Source: Gammaproteobacteria bacterium (GTDB lineage Bacteria; Pseudomonadota; Gammaproteobacteria; GCA-002705445; GCA-002716945). From it: a DNA stretch of 64,000 bases. Position 1 is the stretch's first letter; every line of letters begins with the position of its first letter. The stretch spans positions 555,328-619,327 of the forward strand of contig JAYQJW010000002.1 in the NCBI GenBank assembly GCA_038142325.1, given 5' to 3'. This document shows positions 54,867-64,000 of this stretch, piece by piece. The notes beneath the pieces were generated by a model, which searched no databases, was not told where the DNA came from, and saw only the letters and a program-made list of their open reading frames with translations. The position numbers and the translations under genes are program-made.

Positions 54867-54945
54867 CTCTTGTTGGTAATTAACGATAATATATCATATC
54901 AACATCATGTTCTGAAGTGTTTGGTTTTCAAGAATAATTTTTATA

Positions 54946-56186
54946 TTAAAATCCGCTCTTATCTAAAATAACCAAAAATGTTTTAAAACATATCTCAATC
55001 TCTAGCCATATAGACCAATGCTTAATATAGTATAAATCATACATAAATTTTTGCTTTGCATCATTGAGATCAACCCATATGGATATATAATTTGTGCCCA
55101 ACCGGTTATTCCAGGTCGCACAGCATGCCTTAAATGATAATGATCTATATTCTGTTCATAGTTGTCAGCTAACTTTATCCATTCTGCACGTGGACCAACT
55201 AAATGCATTTGACCGAACATAATATTTAAAAGTTGTGGCAGTTCATCTAGCCTAAGATTTCTTATATTTTTTGCAAATGAATATACTCTTGGATCAGATT
55301 TCTCAGTATTACCAAACATTTCTGAATCTTCATACATTGTTCTGAATTTAATAATATTAAAGCTACATTTATTTAAACCATATCTTTTTTGTTTAAAAAA
55401 AATAGAATCATTAATTTTATTTTTCTTTTTCATAAAAAATGTATAGAAAATTAAAAGAATTAGGATTGGCAAAAGAATCGCTATAGCAATAAAGTCAATA
55501 GCTCTTTTTGCTAAATATGATGGTCTATCTAATGATTTAGGAAAGATATAGCTATAGTCTGATGTAATATTAACTTTTCTCAAGTATTGCTCAAAAAAAT
55601 CGTCTAAATTTATAATATTACTATCATGATAATCTTTAATATTAATAGTATCTAATTCTTTTTTAGATAAGTTTAGAACTAGTAATGATTTAGCCTTAAT
55701 AGAATTTATCAATTTTAAATTAAGGTCATCATGATAAAAAATAAGAAATCCTTTGTTTTCTAAAGTTTTTATTTCATGTTCATTAAAAGTATAAAAATTA
55801 CCGATTAAATGAATATCTGATTTAGTAGCATATTTTGATTTCTTTTTAATTATATATTTGACGATAAGTAGAGTTATTGGAATTACAATCCATATTAATA
55901 ATAGTAGATAATTTATCTCAAGCTCAGAATAATTAAGAATTATGAGTTGAATAAAAATTGCAAAAATCCAGGTAGAAAATGCAATCTTAATTTTTTCAGA
56001 AAAATGAATTAAGTAATAATCATTATAATAGCTTTTAATGATAGATAACAATATTACTGAAAGTGAAAACGAAATACAAAGGAGAAGATGATCTGAATTG
56101 ATGGAACCGTCAGATATGAAATATAAGGATACACCAACTAGTAATGGAATAAAAAAATCAATTAAGAATAAATAAAAAGATATCAT
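54946..56186 (-). CDS. Priming sugar (polyprenyl-phosphate glycosylphospho-) transferase (frameshift near 55072)
   Basis: N-terminal TMs; KRAID, KFRTM, LDELPQL-NI--G-M-LVGPRAE, RPGITGWAQ; corrected end YDLYYIKHWSIWLE...KSGF*. Confidence 0.88.
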
Positions 56187-56222
56187 TTTAATGAATTTAG
56201 CATAGTTACGATTGAATAGTTA

Positions 56223-56293
56223 AGGCTAAGGTCGGAATCGAACCGGCGTTGACGGCTTTGCAGGCCGCTGCATTACCACTCTGCCACTTAGCC
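56223..56293 (-). tRNA. tRNA-Cys(GCA)
   Basis: GGCTAAG/CTTAGCC acceptor stem, CT-GCA-AA loop, U73; CCA not encoded. Confidence 0.95.
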
Positions 56294-56298
56294 AGATT

Positions 56299-56374
56299 TG
56301 GAGCGGGAAACGGGGCTCAAACCCGCGACCTCAACCTTGGCAAGGTTGCGCTCTATCAACTGAGCTATTCCCGC
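56299..56374 (-). tRNA. tRNA-Gly(GCC)
   Basis: GCGGGAA/TTCCCGC acceptor stem, CAACC-TT-GCC-AA-GGTTG anticodon arm, encoded CCA; A19 and U56 variant. Confidence 0.95.
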
Positions 56375-56378
56375 ATGA

Positions 56379-56936
56379 TTATTCAATTATATCACTCCAG
56401 GCATTTCTTACATAATAAATGAATGACACAACTGTAAGAATTGCAGCTATGAATAATAACAATAAGCCAATGATATGTAAATTTATATAACTATTTACTA
56501 TGTTGGTATGCAAAAGAAGAAAAAGTGAAAACATTTGAAATCCTGTCTTTATTTTACCTAATGCATTTACCTTAATAGATATATTTGATTTAAGTTCTGC
56601 TAGTCGCTGCCTTATAGCAATTACCAGAAATTCTCTAGATACTATAATTAGTGATGATACAAGAAAAAATATAGATTCATGCTCTCTGCCTAACAAAATA
56701 ATCGTAATTACAATAAGTAATTTATCTGCTATCGGATCAAGAAATTCACCAAATGATGTAGTTTGATTAAACCTTCTTGCAATGAAGCCATCAAAATAAT
56801 CAGTTAATAAAGCTAACAAGAAAATATATGCAGATAAATTTCTATATAGTCCGGCTTGATATATATAAAAATATACAATTAATGGAATGAAAAGAATTCT
56901 AATTATTGTTAGTACTGTTGGAATATTTAAAATCAT
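56379..56936 (-). CDS. pgsA: Phosphatidylglycerophosphate synthase
   Basis: NIP-LT-RI, TDYFDG-IAR, FG-FLDPIADK, SRE, GKIKT. Confidence 0.95.
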   Translation of the reverse strand: MILNIPTVLTIIRILFIPLIVYFYIYQAGLYRNLSAYIFLLALLTDYFDGFIARRFNQTTSFGEFLDPIADKLLIVITIILLGREHESIFFLVSSLIIVSREFLVIAIRQRLAELKSNISIKVNALGKIKTGFQMFSLFLLLHTNIVNSYINLHIIGLLLLFIAAILTVVSFIYYVRNAWSDIIE

Positions 56937-58709
56937 TTATGGATATTTTGATATATAATATTGGCTAACTTTTCACTTATCCCTTCCACCTTTTTTAATT
57001 CCCTAACAGATGCCTTAATTACTCCCTGAATTCCTCCAAAATAATTGATAATATTCTTTTTTCTCTCGTCACCTATTCCTGGTATTCCATCAAGCTTTGA
57101 ATTGAACATAAGTTTATTATGCCTTCTTCTTTGATTCATGATAGCAAATCTATGAGCTTCATCTCTTATTGATTGTATTAATGATAAGGCTGAATTATTT
57201 ATATTATTTGTTATGTCAGTATTCTGTTGATCGAGAACTTTATCGTTTTTTGTAAGTCGATTCAAGCCATTATGTATTCCGATGATAAATGTATTCTTAC
57301 ACTTTAATTCATTAATAATCTTTTTAGCTTGAGTAATTTGACCTTTGCCACCATCAACAATTAGCAAAATATTTGAGTTAATATAATTATCAACTTTTAT
57401 TGTCCTACGTCTTATTATTTCTCTTAGTGCCGCATAATCATCTGATTTATTATTATTCCTTATATTATATTTTCTATAATTTGATTTATTGAAGCCTTCT
57501 TGATCGAAATAAATAGCTGACCCAACTGCTGAACTGCCGCTTATATGGCTCACATCAAAACATAAGATAAAATCTATTTTAATCCTTAATTGTTTGCTTA
57601 AATTATCTAAAGGATTTAAATCATTTTTAATCAGTTTCATAGATCTGTTCACCAAATTAGTTTTACATAAATTAATGAAATCTAAGTACTTTTTATCTAT
57701 ACGGTTTATAATTTTCGATTTTTGTTTAAATTTTTTATTTATAACTGATTCAATAATCTTCTTATCAAGAATTTTTTCTTTTGAAATTATAAGATTAGGC
57801 GGTACATGAATTAAGTAATATTGTTTAAAAAATGAATTTATTATCTCATCAGCATTTTGATGAGTTGAATTAGAGAAAGTGAAATTTTTGCAACCCATGT
57901 TAACGCCATTTCTTATAATATTAATATCTATGAGAACTTTAGTATCGTTTACATGAGTTAATATGAAGTCAATGCTCTGGTCTTCAGGGAATATAGAATA
58001 GTGGCTTGCGATATCTCTTACTAAGGCAATTGAGTCTCTGTATTTTGCTGCAAGCTCGTATTCCTTTTTATTAGATGCATTGTTCATGTCTTTTTCCATT
58101 TGTAAAAAAAGAGATTTTGTTTCGCCCTTTAAAAACATCGCAGCACTATTTACTTTTTTTATAATCATAATCTTTTATTAACCCAACACATGGAGCAGAG
58201 CATCTTTTAATTTGATATTGAAGGCATGGTTTTTTCCTTGATTCAAAATAGCTATCTTCACACAATCTAATTAAAAATGTCTTTTGAATTATTGATAGTA
58301 TTTTTCTTACATTACTAACATGTGTATATGGTCCAAACACCCGACCTTCTTCATTTAAATTTCCTCTAAAAAATTTGAAACCAGGAAATTGATGTTTTTT
58401 ACTCATATATATATATGGATATGATTTATCATCTCTTAGAAGAACATTATATTTTGGCTTATACTCTTTTATTAAATTATTTTCTAACAATAATGCATCT
58501 TGCTCATTTGAAGTAATCTGATAGTCAATATCTCTAATGTTGTGAACCAATCTTTGTGTTTTAACAGATTGATTAGATTTTGTAAAATACGATGCAACTC
58601 TTTTCTTTAAATTGCCTGCCTTACCAATATAGAGTATGGTTTTTGACTCATCTAGCATTTTATATACACCAGGAGTAGATGGTAGATTTTTAAGAAACTC
58701 TTTTTTCAT
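56933..58709 (-). CDS. uvrC: Excinuclease ABC subunit C (frameshift near 58155)
   Basis: GIY-YIG region (PGVY, YIGKA, DDKSYPY), UVR motif YELAAKYRD, FDVSH, VDGGKGQ, IRDEAHRFA, HhH. Confidence 0.93.
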
Positions 58710-59283
58710 TAGCGATTATTTTTGCTTGTTTAAAAACACTCGTCAGTGACTCTTTTTTAAGCCTTCCTGTATTTATATTTATCCTACTACAATGATATGA
58801 AGATAATAAAATTTTTTCATCTGATAACTTAATTTTTCTACCATGTTTGAATTTATAATCATTGTATTTCAAAGAATATATTTTCAATATTTGTCTGTAT
58901 GCAAGCTCTCCAAGAGTAATTATAACTTTTAGATTCTTAAGCTTTGATAATTCCTCTATATTATTAAGATGACAATTATTGATTTCTGTTTTTAATGGCT
59001 TGTTTTTATCAGGATAACATCTAACAATATTTGTTATAAATATTTCAGATATACATAACTTATTTAAAATACTTCTTATGATTTTACCTGAGAAATCTCC
59101 AGTGAAGGGAATCCCAGTTCTATTTGCTCCATGTAAGCCTGGCGCAAGACCAAATACACATATACTTGAGTTACAATTACCTTTACCAGCAATAGGTTTA
59201 CAAAAATATGAGGGATATTTAATTTGTATTTTTTTTAGATGAGCCTGTATGCGAGAGCATTTAGTGCAGGAAGATATTTTCAT
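58690..59283 (-). CDS. Uracil-DNA glycosylase family 5 (UdgB-like, Fe-S)
   Basis: CxxC at the N-terminus, GLAPGLHGANRTGIPFTGD-SG, VRC-P-NKP, SYHCS. Confidence 0.88.
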   Translation of the reverse strand: MKISSCTKCSRIQAHLKKIQIKYPSYFCKPIAGKGNCNSSICVFGLAPGLHGANRTGIPFTGDFSGKIIRSILNKLCISEIFITNIVRCYPDKNKPLKTEINNCHLNNIEELSKLKNLKVIITLGELAYRQILKIYSLKYNDYKFKHGRKIKLSDEKILLSSYHCSRININTGRLKKESLTSVFKQAKIIANEKRVS

Positions 59284-60220
59284 TTAATATTTTAATAGAA
59301 TAGAGCCCCATGTAAAACCAGCACCGAATGCCTCAAGCATGATATAGTCATTTTTTTGAATATGTTCTTATTATTTGCTGTATCAAATGCAATCGGAATT
59401 GAAGCTGCTGATGTATTACCATGTTCATTAACAGTTATAATTATTTTTTCTTTAGGTAAACTAATTTTTTTGCTATTGCAAGTATGATTCTTTCATTAGC
59501 TTGATGAGGAACAAGCCAGTTGAGCTGTTCATGCTCAATATTATTTATCTCAAGTGTGTGTTTAGCAAGTTTCCCAAGTGTATTTACAGCAGTTTTAAAT
59601 ACATCACTTCCTTTCATTTCAATATAATCAGAATCTGTATTTACAGTCAAAAGATCTTTGTAAGAACCATCCGAACCAATTGTACTTGACATTATACCTG
59701 CCTCTTCAGATGAACCTATAATCATTGCTCCTGCTCCATCGCCAAATAATACACATGTATTTCTATCTGACCAATCTAGAAGTGATGTAATTTTTTCAGT
59801 TCCTACAACAAGTGCATATTTAAACTGATTAGATTCAATGTATTTCTTTGCTACATCAAGAGCATATATAAACCCAGTGCATGCAGCATTCATATCTACA
59901 GAAAATGCATTTTTAATATTAAGTTTATTTTGAAGTAAAACAGCAGTGCTAGGAAATTTACGCTCTGGTGTACAAGTTGCTAAAAATATTGCACCTATTT
60001 CATCTTTATTAATACCCGACTTTTGTATTGCATCTATTGATGCTTCGTATGCCATGTCTACAGAAGTCTCATCATCGGAAGCTACTCTTCTCTCCTTAAT
60101 ACCCGTTCTCTCAGTAATCCACTCATCACTTGTATCAACCATATTTTCAAGCTCTTTGTTTGTGAGGATTCTTTCAGGAAGATAACTTCCGCTTGAAATA
60201 ACTTTTGCAAATTTATTCAT
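59284..60220 (-). CDS. fabH: Beta-ketoacyl-ACP synthase III (frameshifts near 59460 and 59365)
   Basis: [19 protein letters not shown]; downstream frames give [10 protein letters not shown] and [11 protein letters not shown]. Confidence 0.93.
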
Positions 60221-61229
60221 TTAATTCTCTATTAGTATATTTTTTAATACTCTCAATCAAGTTATTTTTTGATTCAAAGTATGCAGTTTTTATTGCATTG
60301 CTATACGAAAAATCGTCTGCGCTTCCATGACTTTTAACTACTATACCATTTAACCCTAGAAAAGATGCGCCGTTATATATTCTTGGGTCCATTTTCTTTT
60401 TAATACCACTCAAGACAGGAAGACTTATGAGTGACGATAACTTATTATAAATATTTTTATTAAATTCAGTTTTTATAAAATGCTTAATCATGCCTGCAAC
60501 ACCTTCAATGCTTTTTAAAGCAATATTTCCAGTGAACCCATCCGTAACAATAACATCATATTCTCCACTAAACATTTGATCACCTTCTACGAAACCGACA
60601 TAATTAAGATTAGATGCATTCAGTAAATCTGCTGCAGATTTAATTTCATATTTTCCTTTAAATTCTTCTGAACCGATATTTAATAAGCCAACTCTAGGTT
60701 TTTTCGTTATTTCCAAGCTTTCTACTACTGCAGAGCCCATAACTGCAAATTGAAATAGATTTTCTGCATCACACTCTATATTTGCTCCAAGATCAAGAAC
60801 TTGCATAAAACCTTTTTTGGTAGGTAAAGAAGTACAAATTGCTGGTCTATCTACGCCACTAATGGTTTTAAGAATGATTTTTGATAAAGACATTAATGCA
60901 CCGGTATTTCCTGCACTCACACATGCGTCAGCTTTATTTTGTTTTACGCAATTAATTGCAATACGCATAGAGGATTTCTTTTTTATTTCTTATAGAATGC
61001 ATAACATCTTCATCCATTCTTATATATTCTTCGGTATGCTCTGTAGCCATGCGTTTTTTTAAAGAGTTATCCAGTTTATCTGTAAAGATATTAATTATTT
61101 TTTGTCGCCGACTAATATGACGTTAAGATCACTGTGATTTTCGAGAGATTTAACAGCGCCATTTAGCGCCGCTTCAGGTCCATTATCTCCACTCATTACA
61201 TCTAATGCTATCGTGATAGATTTGGACAT
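60213..61229 (-). CDS. plsX: Phosphate acyltransferase PlsX (two compensating frameshifts, ~61100 and ~60980)
   Basis: ATG 61229 gives IALDVMSGDNGP; SAGNTGA, LDLGAN, LLNIGSE, DGFTGN, KSHGS. Confidence 0.93.
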
Positions 61230-61241
61230 TATATGACTAGT

Positions 61242-61451
61242 TTACTGTTCTGGAGCAGCTTCTTCTTTAGGTTTTTTCACTTTTGGCGTAAAGATTTCTT
61301 TGCCTCGGTAAAAACCATCTTTTGCAATATGATGTCTGAGGTGCTTTGATCCAGTAGTTTTATCAGAAGATACAGGCATAGCTGTTAGTGAATCATGAGA
61401 CCTTCTCATATCACGTTTAGATCTTGATTTTTTACTCTTTTGAACAGCCAT
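61242..61451 (-). CDS. rpmF: 50S ribosomal protein L32
   Basis: [19 protein letters not shown]...HLRHH---GFYRG. Confidence 0.95.
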   Translation of the reverse strand: MAVQKSKKSRSKRDMRRSHDSLTAMPVSSDKTTGSKHLRHHIAKDGFYRGKEIFTPKVKKPKEEAAPEQ

Positions 61452-61564
61452 TATATTTATCCATTAATTTGGTTAACGTATTCTAAGCAATAATATACGC
61501 ACAAGCAATTGTTAATAGCAATTTTCACAATTTTATATAATTTGTTGATATTATCACTAGGAAT

Positions 61565-62146
61565 ATGAAAATTATCCTAGCTTCAAGCTCAATCTTCAGA
61601 AGACAATTAATGTCAAAATTGGGCGTACCTTTTGATCATATATCACCAGATATAGATGAAACGAGGCTAAAAGGAGAAACAGTAAAAGATTATGTAAAGC
61701 GATTATCAATTCAGAAGGCATTTAAAATAGCAAAAGATCAATCTAATGCTATTGTTATTGGGTCCGATGAGGTAGCAGATTTGGATGGAATAATATTAGG
61801 AAAGCCGAAAACTAAAATTAATGCGAAGAAACAATTAAAAATGTTATCTAATAGCAAGGTAATCTTTCGAACGGGTCTATGTGTAATGAATTCTAATTCT
61901 AAAAAATATTATTCCTCTGTCAATAATTATACTATATATTTCAAGAGTTTAACTGATAGTCTTATAGAATCTTATTTAAGAAGTGATGATGTGCTCAATT
62001 GTGCTGCAAGTATAAGAATTGAGGGTACTGCCATTAACTTGGTTAAAAGCATGAAAGGAAGTGATCCTTCATCCATTATGGGTTTACCTTTGTTAAAATT
62101 GATTGAATATTTAGAGAAATTTAATATCAAGACTCTAGGTAAATAG
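61565..62146 (+). CDS. maf: Maf-family nucleotide pyrophosphatase (YceF-type position)
   Basis: ILASSS-FR, DIDET, IGSD, LGKP, MGLPL; divergent from rpmF. Confidence 0.88.
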   Translation: MKIILASSSIFRRQLMSKLGVPFDHISPDIDETRLKGETVKDYVKRLSIQKAFKIAKDQSNAIVIGSDEVADLDGIILGKPKTKINAKKQLKMLSNSKVIFRTGLCVMNSNSKKYYSSVNNYTIYFKSLTDSLIESYLRSDDVLNCAASIRIEGTAINLVKSMKGSDPSSIMGLPLLKLIEYLEKFNIKTLGK

Positions 62147-62149
62147 ATA

Positions 62150-63091
62150 TTAGCTTTGAAAATGATCGTAACCTGAGACCTTTGGAATATAGTTTTTCCC
62201 ATGAATTCTATAGCTAAATCCTGATTTACAAATTGTACCTATTTTAGTAATTTTAATTTTATATTTATTAGATAAATCATTGATAATACGAGAATATTTT
62301 CTATCGCATGTAAAGCAAAGTTCGTAATCTTCTCCGCCACCTAATATACATATTTCTCTTAATTTCTTAGACACATAAAAGTTAAATTTCGGTTTAATAG
62401 GGATTTTGTCAACATCAACAATAAAGCCTTTTCTAGAGGATATGGCAATATTTTTAAGATCTTTCGCGATCCCATCTGATATATCAATGCATGAAGATGC
62501 AAATTTTGATATTTCAAGCCCAATATTAACTCTAGGTATCGGATTTACTAAGTGCTTCCTGAAATAATTATGTCCCTCGCTACCTCTTTTTAATAAAAGT
62601 GCTGCTCTCGCGCTACCAATGTTGCCGGTGACATATATATCATCGTTAATTTTAGCTTTGTCACGCCTAAGGATTTTATACTTTTGCTCTCCAATTAAAG
62701 TAATAGATACACTCAATGGTCCTTTTGTAGTATCTCCGCCAATGATTGAAATTTTATGTTTTTTTAATAATTTTGTAACGCCTTTAAAGAATCTATTAAT
62801 CCAAGTTGCTGACATTTTTGGTAAAGTTAGGGCAAATAAAGCATACTTTGGTGTACAGCCCATTGCCGCTATATCACTAATGTTTGTTACAAGTGACTTG
62901 TGGCCTATTTCTTCTGGAGTATAGTCTTTAGTAAAATGTGGGCCAAGTAATGACGTATCAGTAGTGACGACATATTTATGTTTTGGGTGAAATTTTAATA
63001 CTGCACAATCATCGCCAATACCTTTAATAATATTTTTATCAAATGTTTTTATTTTCTCTAAGAATTTGACAAAATCAGATTCACTTTTCAT
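62150..63091 (-). CDS. thiL: Thiamine-monophosphate kinase
   Basis: GIGDDCA, NISDIAAMG, GGDT, DISDG, GGEDYEL, GYDHF; likely start MKSE at 63091. Confidence 0.95.
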   Translation of the reverse strand: MKSESDFVKFLEKIKTFDKNIIKGIGDDCAVLKFHPKHKYVVTTDTSLLGPHFTKDYTPEEIGHKSLVTNISDIAAMGCTPKYALFALTLPKMSATWINRFFKGVTKLLKKHKISIIGGDTTKGPLSVSITLIGEQKYKILRRDKAKINDDIYVTGNIGSARAALLLKRGSEGHNYFRKHLVNPIPRVNIGLEISKFASSCIDISDGIAKDLKNIAISSRKGFIVDVDKIPIKPKFNFYVSKKLREICILGGGEDYELCFTCDRKYSRIINDLSNKYKIKITKIGTICKSGFSYRIHGKNYIPKVSGYDHFQS

Positions 63092-63491
63092 GACTTTCTT
63101 GCTCAAGTACCTGATCAAGTATTTTATTTAAAAATGTATACATTTTAGGTGATGAATATTTCTTTGCTAAATTTATATATTCATTAATGATTATATTTTT
63201 TGAATTATTAATATAAATAAATTCACAAATACCAAGATGAATAATACATTCATCAAGTAATGGCATATGGCTCGGATTAATATCAACTTTATCCCTTAGT
63301 AATTGAAAGATGCTTTCCTTATTGATTTCATATTGATGAAGAATAGATTCTAGCAAATCCTCATCATATTTACGTTTCTCGACAAAGTTTTTCATAATTA
63401 TATTTAAAGATTCATTTTGAACTTTCATTTGATATAAAATTTTGATTGCTGATTCCCTTGCAATCATTTGGGGTTTATATTTTTTATTCAT
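63081..63491 (-). CDS. nusB: Transcription antitermination factor NusB
   Basis: ARE-A--LYQ, IINEYINLAKKY, FLN-ILD; between ribH and thiL. Confidence 0.85.
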   Translation of the reverse strand: MNKKYKPQMIARESAIKILYQMKVQNESLNIIMKNFVEKRKYDEDLLESILHQYEINKESIFQLLRDKVDINPSHMPLLDECIIHLGICEFIYINNSKNIIINEYINLAKKYSSPKMYTFLNKILDQVLEQESHEK

Positions 63492-63991
63492 TGAAATATT
63501 GAGAAAAATCTAGAATCTTAAGTGCTGCATTGGCAAATTCTTTCCCTTTATTTAATTTGGAACCTGCTCTTTCTATAGCTTGTGAATTATTTTCAACCGT
63601 CAAAACTCCATTTAATATCGGTGTTTTAGTCTCAACAGAGAGATTCATAAGTGCATTGGTCACGCTGGATGATAAAAAATCATAATGTTTTGTATCTCCT
63701 TTGATTATGCACCCTATTGTCAAGACAATTAAAGGTCTATGTCTATTGATGATTCTTTTACAAAAAACTAGGAATTTCAAATGCTCCGCCTGGAACTTCA
63801 AGGTAAACAATATTGCCATGATAATTTTTATCTGAAAGCTCATTAAGAAAACCATTTGCTAAACTTTGATTTATAGAGAGATTATAATTAGAATACAAAA
63901 TTGCAATATCTAAATTCTTATTTGATTTTTTTTGGAACTCTAGGAAAGAAGAATATTCATAACTTATCTTCTTCTCATTTAAAATTATCAA
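63484..63991 (-). CDS. ribH: Lumazine synthase (frameshift near 63765; start uncertain)
   Basis: VPG-AFEIP | IGCIIKGDTKHYD, GVLT, QAIERAG, NKG-E-A. Confidence 0.88.
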
Positions 63992-64000
63992 CTGTTTATG

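Noticed and set aside
1410-62924. Numerous short antisense or out-of-frame ORFs (e.g. 1410-1706, 2664-2969, 41874-42185, 49895-50326, 54063-54401, 62619-62924)
   Set aside because: They are shadows of well-supported genes, with no motifs or RBS.
3900-63991. Mass pseudogenisation (msbA, fabG, tmk, holB, ispG, ribH and others)
   Set aside because: These are essential genes with only isolated 1-bp indels and no other decay; sequencing error is far more parsimonious.
1-64000. CRISPR array, IS/transposase, integrase, prophage, toxin-antitoxin or defence system
   Set aside because: No spaced repeats or such protein motifs seen by eye. RatA/RatB is a Coq10-like housekeeping pair, and RmuC and the thermonuclease are ordinary here.

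Overview
Very AT-rich, very compact chromosomal segment from a streamlined, probably sunlit-ocean, gammaproteobacterium (inference from gene content and synteny; exact taxon not determinable here). It is almost all housekeeping: lolCD, msbA-lpxK-kdsB-mdh, a mitochondrial/alpha-like sdhCDAB cluster, pdxJ-acpS-cysM, mltD/rnhA/dnaQ, smpB-ratAB-fur-nadK, cinA-recA-recX-alaS-lysC-csrA, ispG, hrcA-grpE-dnaK-dnaJ-dapB-fabDG-acpP-fabF-pabC-tmk-holB, tupABC-fhs, gmhA, pgsA-uvrC, fabH-plsX-rpmF, thiL-nusB-ribH, plus five tRNAs. Nearly 20 genes, many essential, carry single-base frameshifts, mostly in homopolymers. These are best read as long-read errors, so broken genes are reported as reconstructed CDSs. 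I found no CRISPR array, IS element, integrase, prophage or defence system, and no clearly new multi-gene system. Best leads: (i) genes butted against tRNAs, including a hidden ~250-aa lipoprotein whose ATG lies 2 nt after the tRNA-Leu discriminator, plus repeated -10-box-to-start spacing that suggests leaderless mRNAs; (ii) tRNA-Gly with a compensated A19-U56 elbow pair; (iii) an att/arm-site-like tandem palindrome and a lone priming sugar transferase splitting the Gly-Cys-Leu tRNA cluster; (iv) a MetX-family enzyme with serine-acyltransferase motifs; (v) a Fe-S-less (6-4) photolyase-DUF393-DUF2256 module; (vi) tungstate uptake next to fhs.
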